NCBI GenBank assembly: GCA_964613215.1 | Contig: CAZTHK010000002.1 | Location: forward strand, 149,685 to 213,684 | Direction of reading: 5' to 3' | Source of the DNA: an uncultured bacterium | GTDB taxonomy: Bacteria; Krumholzibacteriota; Krumholzibacteriia; Krumholzibacteriales; CAZTHK01 | DNA length: 64,000 nucleotides | Shown: positions 1-9,979 of the stretch, one piece after another | Layout: the number at the start of each line of letters is the position of its first letter | How positions within the stretch are numbered: the stretch's first letter is position 1 | Made by a program: the position numbers and the translations under genes | Notes under the pieces: model-generated | What the model was told of the DNA's origin: nothing | Databases searched by the model: none | The model's input: only the letters and a program-made list of their open reading frames with translations

Positions 1-920
1 CTCCGGTAATGGTGGAGGAAGTATTCAGATTTCTGGTTAACCATCCCCGGGGATTTTACGTGGATGGAACAGCAGGAACTGGCGGGCATATGGAGTATCT
101 GCTGGAGAGGGGCGGGGAAGAGATAAGCCTCCTGGGGATCGATATCGACCCTGAAGCTATCCGGAGGGCAACTGCCAGGTTGAGCAGGTACGGGCGGAGG
201 GTGGATTTGAGGGTTGGCAATTTCGCAGATATAGACAGATTTTGCGAGGGACGGCAGGTTTCGGGAATTTTTCTCGATCTTGGCATTTCCTCATTGCAGA
301 TCTCAGACCGGGAGCGTGGTTTCAGTTATATGAGCGACGGAGAGCTGGATATGAGGATGGGTACTCAGGGACGGTCAGTGAGTGAATTTATCGCCGGCGC
401 TGAAGCCGGAGAGATAGACCGGATTATTTGCAGGTATGGAGAAGAGAGAAAACACCGGGCTATAACCAGGGAAATAGACAGGATGAGACGTTCAGAAACA
501 TTTGCCCGGACTTCCCAGTTGAGGGAAGCGGTAGCCAGGGCGGTACCGGAGAGGAAACTTATCGCCTCCCTGGCCAGAACATTTCAGGCCTTTCGCATAT
601 GGGCCAATAACGAGCTGGAGAATCTTCAGGAGTTTCTGCCCCGGGCGGTCAGGGTTCTACGGGCCGGCGGCAGGATAGTGATAATAAGTTATCATTCCCT
701 GGAAGACAGGATAGTAAAACAGTTCCTTAAGGGTGAAGAGAAGGGTTGTATCTGTCCTCCGGATTTTCCCCGCTGTGCCTGCGGAAGGCTTCCCACCCTG
801 AAGATATTGGCTCCCAAACCGGTACGGCCGCCGGAAAGTGAAATAGAGAAAAACGTAAGATCCAGGAGTGCCAAGCTCCGGGCTGCAGAGAGGAATCAAA
901 ATGAGTACATTCCCAGATAA
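1..920 (+). CDS. rsmH: 16S rRNA (cytosine1402-N4)-methyltransferase RsmH/MraW, 5'-partial (reading frame open to window edge)
   Basis: SAM-MTase motif DGTAGTGGH near N-term; position first in dcw cluster; frame has no stop back to nt 3. Confidence 0.85.
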   Translation, partial: PVMVEEVFRFLVNHPRGFYVDGTAGTGGHMEYLLERGGEEISLLGIDIDPEAIRRATARLSRYGRRVDLRVGNFADIDRFCEGRQVSGIFLDLGISSLQISDRERGFSYMSDGELDMRMGTQGRSVSEFIAGAEAGEIDRIICRYGEERKHRAITREIDRMRRSETFARTSQLREAVARAVPERKLIASLARTFQAFRIWANNELENLQEFLPRAVRVLRAGGRIVIISYHSLEDRIVKQFLKGEEKGCICPPDFPRCACGRLPTLKILAPKPVRPPESEIEKNVRSRSAKLRAAERNQNEYIPR

Positions 921-1326
921 GTCCTATCCCTTTTCCGGGATAGTAAAGAAGGTGCTGGAAGGAAGAATAAGCCCTCTGAATTTTATGATAATGCTCGGAT
1001 TTTTCTCCACTCTGATTCTCTTCTATATCTCTCTTCACGTTCACTTTCTTTCCATGGCTGCTGATATCAGGGATTGCAGGGAGAGGCTGCTGATGATGAG
1101 AGATCAGAATGCCAGACTGACCACTCGATACAATGAGATGATTTCTCCCTCCCGTATTATTCCGGCTGCCAGGCAGCTTGGGCTGAAGGCGGGAAAGCAT
1201 GGAGAGATTATCAGATTTGCCTTGTATGGGGGTAAGGAAGGGGATGATGACAATTCAAGCCGGTCTTATGCTTCCATAGCTCCTGCCGACAGTCTCGGGA
1301 ATTTTAAATCGCCGGGGGTAAAATGA
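901..1326 (+). CDS. FtsL-like small division protein (single TM + coiled-coil), start chosen at ATG 901 (MSTFPDK...) rather than track start 868
   Basis: 141 aa, one hydrophobic helix (FMIMLGFFSTLILFYISL), sits between rsmH and ftsI as ftsL does; 3' end overlaps ftsI ATG (ATGA); overlaps rsmH 3' end by 20 nt. Confidence 0.5.
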   Translation: MSTFPDKSYPFSGIVKKVLEGRISPLNFMIMLGFFSTLILFYISLHVHFLSMAADIRDCRERLLMMRDQNARLTTRYNEMISPSRIIPAARQLGLKAGKHGEIIRFALYGGKEGDDDNSSRSYASIAPADSLGNFKSPGVK

Positions 1327-3452
1327 ACGGTTCTTTTCCGTGGGGAAGGGTAAAATTCATTTCCATCATTTTTGCCATCCTGGTGGGGGTCATAGTCTTT
1401 CGCCTGGTAAGAGTCCAGATTGTGGATCATCAGATTTACATGGAGAAGGCCAGGAAGCAGTGGCAAGAAAAAAAAGTATGGTATGCCAGGCGGGGAAGCA
1501 TATTCGACCGCAACGGTGTTCCGCTGGCTATTACTCATACCACCTTCACTGTGGGTGTAACTCCGCCCTCCTGTCCGAAAAACGGAGAAGCACTTGATAC
1601 CATGGCTGAGATTCTACCGGTCAGAAGGAACAGATTGAAAAAGATTATGTCTCTGGACAGAGAGTATGTTCAGCTTGCCAGGGACCAGAGCCTTACCAGG
1701 AAGGAGGTGGGGGAGCTGAGTTCCCTGGGAGGAGTTAAGCTCGATCAGAACCAGGAGAGGCTCTACCCCTCCAAATCGATCCCCCTGCATATTCTGGGGA
1801 AGGTTAATTGCGAGGGATGGGGAGCCGGAGGTATTGAGGGGGCTTTCGATCATCTCCTCCACGGTGAAAACGGATGGCTGTTGATCAACAGGGATGCAAA
1901 GAATCGTGATATACCTTCCCTTAATGCTCCGGGCAAAAAACCGGAAAATGGCAGTGATCTTTATCTTACTATAGATTCGAGGGTTCAGGCGGTGGTCGAT
2001 TTTGAACTGACTTCGGCGGTGGAGAGGTACGGTGCCCTGGGGGGAGTGGTTATAGTGGTGGATCCCGACACCGGAGAGATAATAGCCATCTCCGAAAGAT
2101 TCGGGTGGGAGGATGAGGAGGATTATGAGGGGAGAGCCATCCAATCAGTCAGCTGTACCTATGAGCCCGGGTCCACCTTTAAAATGATTACCGGTTCGTA
2201 TCTTCTGGAAAGGGGCAGGGTGGATCCATACGATGTGTTCTATGCTGAGAATGGCAAGGCTGATTTTCCCTTCGGTACCTTCAGGGATGATCATCCTCTG
2301 GATAGATGGCTGACCTTCAGAGAATCATTTGTGAAATCCAGCAATATCTGCACTATTAAAGCGGTGATGGGTTCCGATCCCGAAGATTATTACAGTTATG
2401 TTATCAGATTCGGTTTCGGCGGGTGGACCGGTATTCCCCTTCCGGCGGAGTCGAGGGGTACCCTGAGGCACCCCGATAAATGGTCCGACCGGTCACTTCC
2501 CAGTATCTCCATAGGACATGAGATAGCAGTTACCCCCATTCAGATGGTGATGGCATACAGCGCTGTCTGTAATGGCGGAACCCTGTTAACTCCGGCTCTG
2601 GTTCACAAGGTGGATGACCGGAAGGGTAATGTTGATCTCCGGGAAGGACCTGTGGTGGTGAGGAGGGTTCTTTCGCCGGGCACGGTCGAGATACTTAAGG
2701 AATTCTGCAGAAGAGTGGTAACCGGTGGCACCGGGAAGCTGGCGGAGGTGGAGGGAATACCGGTAGGGGGTAAGACAGGGACCTCCCAGAAGGCGGACGG
2801 GAAGGGTTACATAGACAATGCCTATACAGCGAGTTTTATAGGCTTTGCTCCGGCCGACCGGCCTGAGCTCGTATGTCTGGTTATGCTGGATCAACCCGAG
2901 TTCCCCTATTACTACGGGGGACAGTCGTCGGCGGTGGTGTTCAGCAGGATTATTAAGGGAGTCAACCTGGCTACCGATATCTTCTACCATTGTGAAGGTT
3001 ACCGTATGGTACTGGAGAAGAGGGAAAAGGATCTGGTGGAGGTTCCCAACTTTCTGAAATTAACCGGGGATCAGGCGGCAAAACTGGCATCCGGCAGCGG
3101 CCTGTCTATTGCCACATCCGGCGGTGGAGGGAGGATTTATTCCCAGTCCCCTTCCCCGGGGGGTATGATCGAGCGGGGTGGAGAGGTGAGACTGATCTGT
3201 GGAAGACCGGGACAGGATGAGGAGAAGCGGGTTGAAGTGCCCTGTCTGAAAGGCCTCTCCATCCGGGAAGCCAGAAGATTGCTTATGGCCGCCGGATTAG
3301 GATGCAGATTAAGTGGAATGGGTGTAGTGCAACGGCAGTTTCCCCGCCCCGGCAGCAGGGTAAGGTGGGGCTACCGGGTGCTGCTGAGGTGCTCGCTGAA
3401 GGATATGGTTAACGGAGGCGCCCGGGCAGGGGAAGAGGGGAGGAATGGGTGA
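1323..3452 (+). CDS. ftsI: Peptidoglycan D,D-transpeptidase (class B PBP, FtsI/SpoVD-like) with C-terminal PASTA domain
   Basis: SXXK (STFK), SXN (SSN), KTGT motifs; N-terminal TM; C-terminal PASTA-like segment; dcw position. Confidence 0.9.
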   Translation: MNGSFPWGRVKFISIIFAILVGVIVFRLVRVQIVDHQIYMEKARKQWQEKKVWYARRGSIFDRNGVPLAITHTTFTVGVTPPSCPKNGEALDTMAEILPVRRNRLKKIMSLDREYVQLARDQSLTRKEVGELSSLGGVKLDQNQERLYPSKSIPLHILGKVNCEGWGAGGIEGAFDHLLHGENGWLLINRDAKNRDIPSLNAPGKKPENGSDLYLTIDSRVQAVVDFELTSAVERYGALGGVVIVVDPDTGEIIAISERFGWEDEEDYEGRAIQSVSCTYEPGSTFKMITGSYLLERGRVDPYDVFYAENGKADFPFGTFRDDHPLDRWLTFRESFVKSSNICTIKAVMGSDPEDYYSYVIRFGFGGWTGIPLPAESRGTLRHPDKWSDRSLPSISIGHEIAVTPIQMVMAYSAVCNGGTLLTPALVHKVDDRKGNVDLREGPVVVRRVLSPGTVEILKEFCRRVVTGGTGKLAEVEGIPVGGKTGTSQKADGKGYIDNAYTASFIGFAPADRPELVCLVMLDQPEFPYYYGGQSSAVVFSRIIKGVNLATDIFYHCEGYRMVLEKREKDLVEVPNFLKLTGDQAAKLASGSGLSIATSGGGGRIYSQSPSPGGMIERGGEVRLICGRPGQDEEKRVEVPCLKGLSIREARRLLMAAGLGCRLSGMGVVQRQFPRPGSRVRWGYRVLLRCSLKDMVNGGARAGEEGRNG

Positions 3453-4921
3453 AGCTTTCCAGGCTGATCGAGAATATAAATATAGTGGAAAGGAAAGATT
3501 TCCGGGATGTGGAAATTACCGGAATCACCCCGGATTCCAATGAAGTCAATCCGGGATATATATTCGTAGCAGTAAAGGGGACCAGAGCCGATGGTCATGA
3601 TTTTGCCGGGCATGCCCTGGAAAGGGGAGCATCGGCGCTGGTTGTGGAGAAAAGGGTGGAATCCGGAAGGCCTCAGCTGGTGGTGAATGACACCTCCCTG
3701 GTTCTTGCCCTGATAGCTAAAAAATTCTACGGCCATCAGGATGAGAAATTAAGGCTGGCAGGGATCACCGGAACCAACGGCAAGACCTCTACCTCTTTTC
3801 TTCTTCGTTCCATCATGGAGCATTCCGGTGTAAGAACGGGAATTATGGGGACAGTGGGATACGGGTCAGACAAACAATTGAACCACAGTACTTATACCAC
3901 TCCGGGAGCGGTAGAACTCTACCGGACCCTGGCGGAATTCGAACAGCGGGGGGTTGAGAATGTAGTAATGGAGGTAAGTTCACATGCTCTGGCTCAGTCC
4001 AGAGTGGGGGGGCTGCAGTTCGACATAGCCATATTCACCAATATCACCAGGGATCATCTGGATTATCACGGGACCTTTGAAGAGTATGTCGAGGCCAAGG
4101 CAAAATTGATCAGTGCTCTGAAAGGCGGAGAACATGAGGGGGTGCTGATTTACAACCGGGATGATAGTTATGTCTCCATGCTGGCCGGGAGGTTCCGGGG
4201 TAAAAGGGTATCCTTTGGGTTGAGCGATCAGGCTGATGTTCGGGCAGGAGGGATTAAGGCCGGTATGGAGGGGACCCATTTCGATATTGTCGCCGGTGGG
4301 GATATTACCCATGTGGATATGAAACTGCTGGGTGAATTCAGTATATATAATGCTCTGGCTGCGGCCGCTGCGGCTGGCTGCATGGGGATAGAGAAAGAAA
4401 ATATTAAGAGGGGGATAGAAAGAGTGGGTTCGGTACCCGGCCGGTTCCAGGTGATAACTGCTCCGGGAGCCCCCAGGGTGATAGTGGATTATGCCCATAC
4501 TCCGGATGCTCTGAAAAATCTGCTCAACTTCTGCAGCAGGCTGGGGGCGGAGAGAATAATTACGGTATTCGGTTGCGGAGGGGACAGGGACCGGGGAAAG
4601 AGACCGCTGATGGGCAAGATAGCCGGAGAGTACAGCGATCTGGTGCTGGTGACCAGTGATAACCCCCGTACTGAGAACCCACTGGCAATTATTAAAGATG
4701 TGGTGGAGGGAGTGGAGCAATCCGGTACTGACTGCCGGATTCTGGAAAACAGGAGGGAAGCTATAAGGGAAGGAGTTATGGAGGGGAGGGAGGATGAGCT
4801 GGTGATTATTGCGGGAAAGGGTCATGAATGTGTGCAGATACTCAGGGATACCAGGATTCCCTTTTCTGATGTGGAAGAGGCCAGAAAAGCAATAGAGCGA
4901 CGGAGGATATCATCGGAGTAA
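3449..4921 (+). CDS. murE: UDP-N-acetylmuramoyl-L-alanyl-D-glutamate--2,6-diaminopimelate ligase MurE
   Basis: P-loop GITGTNGKTST, DNPR signature, overlaps ftsI stop. Confidence 0.9.
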   Translation: MKLSRLIENINIVERKDFRDVEITGITPDSNEVNPGYIFVAVKGTRADGHDFAGHALERGASALVVEKRVESGRPQLVVNDTSLVLALIAKKFYGHQDEKLRLAGITGTNGKTSTSFLLRSIMEHSGVRTGIMGTVGYGSDKQLNHSTYTTPGAVELYRTLAEFEQRGVENVVMEVSSHALAQSRVGGLQFDIAIFTNITRDHLDYHGTFEEYVEAKAKLISALKGGEHEGVLIYNRDDSYVSMLAGRFRGKRVSFGLSDQADVRAGGIKAGMEGTHFDIVAGGDITHVDMKLLGEFSIYNALAAAAAAGCMGIEKENIKRGIERVGSVPGRFQVITAPGAPRVIVDYAHTPDALKNLLNFCSRLGAERIITVFGCGGDRDRGKRPLMGKIAGEYSDLVLVTSDNPRTENPLAIIKDVVEGVEQSGTDCRILENRREAIREGVMEGREDELVIIAGKGHECVQILRDTRIPFSDVEEARKAIERRRISSE

Positions 4922-4989
4922 CACTGAGATGGATTGCGGATAAACTCAAAGAGGCGGGTTACCGGGATGGAGACCCCGGAGAGGGACGG

Positions 4990-6321
4990 GTGCGGGGATT
5001 CTCCATTGACACCCGCCGGGATTGCCGGCAGAAGCTCTTCGTGGCTCTGCCCGGCGGGCAGGGGGATGGCCATGATTATCTGGAAGATGCGGTGAAGGAG
5101 GGAGCCAGGGGGGTTATGATTTCTTCGGACCGGGATTTCAGTATTTCCGCAGGGCATGGTGAAGTGGCTGTGTTTAAAGTGTCCGATCCCCTGTATGGGC
5201 TTCAGACTATGGCTCAGGAATACTGCAAGGAGATTGATCCGGCCATTGTAGCCATTACAGGGAGTACCGGCAAGACCACCACCAAGAATCTGATAGCATC
5301 CATACTGGGGAGTAATTACCGCAGTTACTCCACCCCCGGCAATATGAATAATCATATCGGACTGCCACTTACCGTTCTGGGTATGGAGGGGGGAGAGGAA
5401 TTGCTGGTGGTGGAAATGGGAGCCAACCATAAGGGTGAAATAAAGAGACTTTGTGAGATATGCAGGCCCACTACCGGGGTGGTTACCAATGTGGGCAGGA
5501 GCCATCTGGAATTCTTTGAGTCCCTGGAGGGTGTTGCTGCGGCCAAGGCGGAACTGCTGGAGGCGCTTCCCCCTGAAGGACAGGCGGTTCTCCCCGCAGA
5601 TGACCGGTTTATCGATTTTCTCAGGGGCAGGACCGAAGCTTCTGTGATCACTTTTGGTTTCCATGAGCAGGCAGACTGGAGTATCGGGGAGGTTATCCCT
5701 CTGGACAGCGGGGGATATGAATTCACGGTGGGTGGAAATGTAATGAGGACGGTCATGCCGGGAAGGCATAATCTTCTTAACGTGGCGGCGGCGGTGGCAA
5801 CTGCTGCTTCACTGGATATCGATATGAAAGAAATCATCTCTGCAGTGGCCGATATCAGGCCCGATCCCGGGAGGGGGGGACTATTTGATATTGGCGGGAT
5901 AATTTTCATGAATGACTCATACAATTCAAATCCCGACTCCCTGAGGGTCTCTGTGGATACATTCATGGAATTGGAGGTAGAAGGAAACAGATGGCTGGTT
6001 CTGGGGGATATGCTGGAGCTGGGGGAGCAGAGTGAAGGGTTACACCGGGAAGCTGGAGAATACTGCGGCAAGGCGGGGGTGGATGGATTGGTTACTCTGG
6101 GGGATAAAACAGTGGAACTGAGCCGGGCCGCTGCGGAACAGAGAAAAGCTCCCTCCAACATAAGCCACTTCATGGAGGTGGAGAAGCTGAGTCATTATCT
6201 TAACCGTTTTCTCCAGCCGGGGGATGCCGTTCTGGTAAAGGGTTCGCGGGGCATGCGGATGGAAAGGGTTATGGAAATTATCGAGAAGCTTCGTGAAACG
6301 GAGAGAAGAAGGATAAACTGA
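4990..6321 (+). CDS. murF: UDP-MurNAc-pentapeptide synthetase MurF (track start is GTG at 4990; true N-terminus probably further upstream, see findings)
   Basis: ITGSTGKTTTKN P-loop, Mur ligase C-terminal domain; dcw position. Confidence 0.85.
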   Translation: MRGFSIDTRRDCRQKLFVALPGGQGDGHDYLEDAVKEGARGVMISSDRDFSISAGHGEVAVFKVSDPLYGLQTMAQEYCKEIDPAIVAITGSTGKTTTKNLIASILGSNYRSYSTPGNMNNHIGLPLTVLGMEGGEELLVVEMGANHKGEIKRLCEICRPTTGVVTNVGRSHLEFFESLEGVAAAKAELLEALPPEGQAVLPADDRFIDFLRGRTEASVITFGFHEQADWSIGEVIPLDSGGYEFTVGGNVMRTVMPGRHNLLNVAAAVATAASLDIDMKEIISAVADIRPDPGRGGLFDIGGIIFMNDSYNSNPDSLRVSVDTFMELEVEGNRWLVLGDMLELGEQSEGLHREAGEYCGKAGVDGLVTLGDKTVELSRAAAEQRKAPSNISHFMEVEKLSHYLNRFLQPGDAVLVKGSRGMRMERVMEIIEKLRETERRRIN

Positions 6322-7406
6322 TGCTGTACTATATATTATTTCCCCTCAGAGAATACTTCTTTGTTTTCAATGTATTCAGATATATAACCTTCCGGGCCGC
6401 CTACGCCACCGTTACCGCCCTGCTGATCTCCTTTCTGCTGGGCCCCCGGCTGATCAGATGGCTCTCCCGCCTTCAGATAGGTCAGAGGATCAGGAGGGAG
6501 GTCCCGGAGACGCATAACCACAAGGCGGGAACTCCCACCATGGGAGGGCTGCTGATACTTAGCGCCATAGTGGTTCCCACCCTGCTGTGGGCGGATATCA
6601 GAAATGAATTTATTCAGCTGGTTCTGGTTTTCACGGTTTGGATGGGTTTCATCGGATTTGTGGATGATTATCTCAATGTTATAAAGAAGAAGGACAAGGG
6701 GCTGGTAGGACGCTACAAGCTTATCGGACAGTTCTCCTCCTCCCTGATTCTGGGGCTGTTTCTTTATTTCAATCCCATAATTGAGCAGAATGCCACCCTC
6801 ACTGCCATTCCCTTCTTCAAGGATCTGTATATAGACTGGGGTATTCTGTACATCCCCCTGATTATGGTGGTGGTTACCGGCACCTCCAATGCCGTCAACC
6901 TCACCGACGGCCTGGACGGCCTGGCGGTGGGAGTGGCTGCATTTTCCTTTTTTGCCTTCGCTGCACTTTCATATCTGAGCGGGAACAGTGTCTTCTCCGG
7001 ATACCTCAACATACTCTATCTCGAGGGGGCCGGCGAGCTGGCCATTTACTGTATGGCCGTAGTGGGTGCGGCCCTGGGGTTTCTCTGGTTCAATTCCCAT
7101 CCCGCTCAGATATTCATGGGAGACACCGGTTCCCTTGCCCTGGGAGGGGCCCTGGGTACCATTGCAGTACTGCTCAAGAGGGAGCTGTTGCTGGTGGTAG
7201 TGGGCGGTGTTTTTGTGGTGGAGGCGCTGTCTGTGATAATCCAGGTGGTCTCTTACAGGCTCAGGGGTAAGAGGGTGTTCCGGATGGCTCCGCTTCATCA
7301 TCACTTCGAGATGAAGGGGTGGCCGGAGAACAAGGTGGTGGTGAGGTTCTGGATAATTGCAGTGCTTCTGGTTCTGCTGAGTATAAGTACACTTAAACTG
7401 AGATAG
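6321..7406 (+). CDS. mraY: Phospho-N-acetylmuramoyl-pentapeptide transferase MraY
   Basis: 10 TM integral membrane protein, conserved DDxxN..HHH motifs (PLHHHFE), TGATG overlap with murF. Confidence 0.95.
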   Translation: MLYYILFPLREYFFVFNVFRYITFRAAYATVTALLISFLLGPRLIRWLSRLQIGQRIRREVPETHNHKAGTPTMGGLLILSAIVVPTLLWADIRNEFIQLVLVFTVWMGFIGFVDDYLNVIKKKDKGLVGRYKLIGQFSSSLILGLFLYFNPIIEQNATLTAIPFFKDLYIDWGILYIPLIMVVVTGTSNAVNLTDGLDGLAVGVAAFSFFAFAALSYLSGNSVFSGYLNILYLEGAGELAIYCMAVVGAALGFLWFNSHPAQIFMGDTGSLALGGALGTIAVLLKRELLLVVVGGVFVVEALSVIIQVVSYRLRGKRVFRMAPLHHHFEMKGWPENKVVVRFWIIAVLLVLLSISTLKLR

Positions 7407-7416
7407 GATTTACTGA

Positions 7417-8811
7417 ATGTACCGGAATAATGAAATGAAGGGAGATATTTCCAGGATGGCGGAATTCTACCGGGGGAGAAGAGTTCTGGTACTGGGGCTG
7501 GGCAGGAGCGGTCTGTCCGCAGTCCGGCTGCTCAGCGGCAGGGGAGCAGTGGTCAGCGCAGCCGATGAAAACATCCGGCTGGAGCAGGGTAATATTCCCG
7601 GTGAGGTGGATTTGATCCTGGGCTCTTTTAATAGTATTGATCCGGAGCAATTCCAGGAAGTTATTCTCAGTCCGGGGGTTCCTGCCGCCCACCCGTTTGT
7701 GGAAGAATCAATCCGGGCCGCTGTTCCGGTAATCAGCGAACTGGAGCTTGGTTACAGATTCTGCGGGGGAGATATCATAGCGGTAACCGGTTCCAATGGT
7801 AAATCGACCACCGTCTCCATGATAGGGGCGATACTGAGTCAGGGAGGATATCAGGCTGTAGTTGCCGGCAATGTTGGCATCCCCTTCTGTTCGGTGGTGG
7901 AGGGAGCGGCTGCTGATACGGTTTTTGTGGTTGAAGTGAGCAGTTTTCAGCTGGAAACCATAAGGGATTTTCACCCCCGGGTTGCCGGAATTCTGAATCT
8001 CACCCCCGATCATCTGGACCGTTATGAGAGCGAAGAACATTACTACCGGGTGAAGGGGAACATCCTGCACAACTGCAACTCCGAAGACCTGTTCTTCTAT
8101 AATGCGGATGACCACAGATGCCGCCGGATAGCTTCCCGGTTCGATGGCAGAAAAACGGGCTTTTCTTCGTCGGGGGAGTTGGAACAGGGTATTTGCCTGA
8201 AAGGAAATGAAATAGTCAGTTGCGGTGGAGGCAGGGAGGATGTATTGCTCCGGCGCCGGGACATCGGGGTGGTGGGATTGCACAATGTGGAAAATGCCAT
8301 GGCGGCCATATCCTCCCTTACCGGCTATGACTTCACTCCCCCGGTATTCAGGGAGGCCCTCTCCGGTTTTGAAGGGCTGCCCCACCGGATGCAGAAGGTT
8401 GCCGCCCTGGAAGGGGTGGAATATTACAATGATTCAAAAGCCACCAATGTGGAAGCTACAACTATGAGCATAGGGGGGCTGAAAAAGAAGGTGATCCTGA
8501 TTGCGGGGGGGTATGACAAGGGGGGGGACTATTCCAGACTGGAAGAGATAAGGAAAAATCTGGCCGGAGTAGTGGTGATAGGTGACACTGCGGATGTTCT
8601 GGAGAGTATCTTTCAGCCTCATGTTCCGGTTTGCCGGGCTTCGGATATGAAGGAGGCGGTGGATAAGGCATCCCGGAAGGCTGCTCCGGGGCAGCTGGTG
8701 GTGCTTTCTCCCGCCTGCGCCAGCTTTGATATGTACCGCAATTTCGAGCAGCGTGGTGAAGTTTTCATGGAGGCAGTCAGAGAACTGGAGAAAAAAAGCC
8801 ATGAAGGATGA
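7417..8811 (+). CDS. murD: UDP-N-acetylmuramoylalanine--D-glutamate ligase MurD
   Basis: VTGSNGKSTT P-loop, Mur ligase domains. Confidence 0.9.
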   Translation: MYRNNEMKGDISRMAEFYRGRRVLVLGLGRSGLSAVRLLSGRGAVVSAADENIRLEQGNIPGEVDLILGSFNSIDPEQFQEVILSPGVPAAHPFVEESIRAAVPVISELELGYRFCGGDIIAVTGSNGKSTTVSMIGAILSQGGYQAVVAGNVGIPFCSVVEGAAADTVFVVEVSSFQLETIRDFHPRVAGILNLTPDHLDRYESEEHYYRVKGNILHNCNSEDLFFYNADDHRCRRIASRFDGRKTGFSSSGELEQGICLKGNEIVSCGGGREDVLLRRRDIGVVGLHNVENAMAAISSLTGYDFTPPVFREALSGFEGLPHRMQKVAALEGVEYYNDSKATNVEATTMSIGGLKKKVILIAGGYDKGGDYSRLEEIRKNLAGVVVIGDTADVLESIFQPHVPVCRASDMKEAVDKASRKAAPGQLVVLSPACASFDMYRNFEQRGEVFMEAVRELEKKSHEG

Positions 8812-9973
8812 GAGAAGATACGACATCCGGCTTTTATTCGCCACCCTCAGCCTGGTGGCATTGGGGGTGATAATGGTTACCTCGGCCAGTGAAACCGTAG
8901 TGGATGATGGATTCCGCTCTCCCCTTATCTTCATGCAGAAGCAGGTGGTAAGGGTCTCTCTGGGCATCCTGGCTCTTCTAATATTCATGAGAGTGAAGTA
9001 TACCCTGCTTCGCCGTTGGTCCGCAGTGATTGCGGGGTTCTCCATAATTCTTCTGCTGTTGGTCCTGATTTACGGAATAAAGGTAAGGGGAGCAAGAAGG
9101 TGGCTGAGTATATTCAACTTCACCCTTCAGCCGGTGGAGATGGCAAAGCTCTCCCTGGTGATTTTTCTGGCGGCAAAACTGGCCGGCTGGAAGGGGAGGG
9201 TGAAGGATTTCAAACACGGAGTCCTTCCGCTGCTGGGGGTGGCTGTGTCCATGGCGGTGCTGGTAGCCCTTCAACCGAATATCAGCAATGTAGTATTCAT
9301 TATAGCAATTACCTTCCTGATGCTGTTCATAGGGGGGTGCAGGCTTATCCATCTGTTTCCCCTGTCGGCGGCATTGGCACTCTTCCTGATGCCCGTCTTT
9401 TTCATATTTCCTCATGTGCAGCAGAGGATCATAGCCTTCATAAACAGAGGGGAGTGTCTGGCCGGGGTCAACTGGCATGTAGAACAGTCGCTGATAGCCC
9501 TGGGATCGGGTTTCATATTCGGATTCGGTCCGGGCAGGGGGAACCAGAAGTTCAGTTTTCTGCCCGATTCACATACAGATTTTATCTACTCCATAATGGG
9601 CGAGGAACTGGGAATTATAGGAACTTTACTGGTTCTATCACTGTTCGTGATGATTATCAGGCGTTCCCTCAAAATCGCCAGGGAAGCTCCCGATAATTTT
9701 GGTTATTTGCTCTCTCTGGGGATCGGTTGTTTCATCTTCATCACAGCCATGCTGAATATTTCGGTGACGCTGGGGTTGATTCCCATTGCCGGGCTGCCTC
9801 TGCCATTTGTAAGCTACGGCGGCTCTGCTCTGGTAACCTCCATGGCGGGAGTGGGGATACTGCTCAACATATCCCTGCACGGAGAAAAGAAGAGGAAGGT
9901 ACGGTCTGCGGTGGAGAGGAAGAAGGCCAGGGGTATCTATGCCAGACCGGGCAAAAGAGGAAGAGGAAAGTGA
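8801..9973 (+). CDS. ftsW: Peptidoglycan glycosyltransferase FtsW (SEDS family); start set to ATG 8801 (MKDERRYD) overlapping murD stop region instead of track 8726
   Basis: ~10 TM SEDS protein, conserved C-terminal PFVSYGGS motif, dcw order. Confidence 0.85.
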   Translation: MKDERRYDIRLLFATLSLVALGVIMVTSASETVVDDGFRSPLIFMQKQVVRVSLGILALLIFMRVKYTLLRRWSAVIAGFSIILLLLVLIYGIKVRGARRWLSIFNFTLQPVEMAKLSLVIFLAAKLAGWKGRVKDFKHGVLPLLGVAVSMAVLVALQPNISNVVFIIAITFLMLFIGGCRLIHLFPLSAALALFLMPVFFIFPHVQQRIIAFINRGECLAGVNWHVEQSLIALGSGFIFGFGPGRGNQKFSFLPDSHTDFIYSIMGEELGIIGTLLVLSLFVMIIRRSLKIAREAPDNFGYLLSLGIGCFIFITAMLNISVTLGLIPIAGLPLPFVSYGGSALVTSMAGVGILLNISLHGEKKRKVRSAVERKKARGIYARPGKRGRGK

Positions 9974-9979
9974 GATAGC

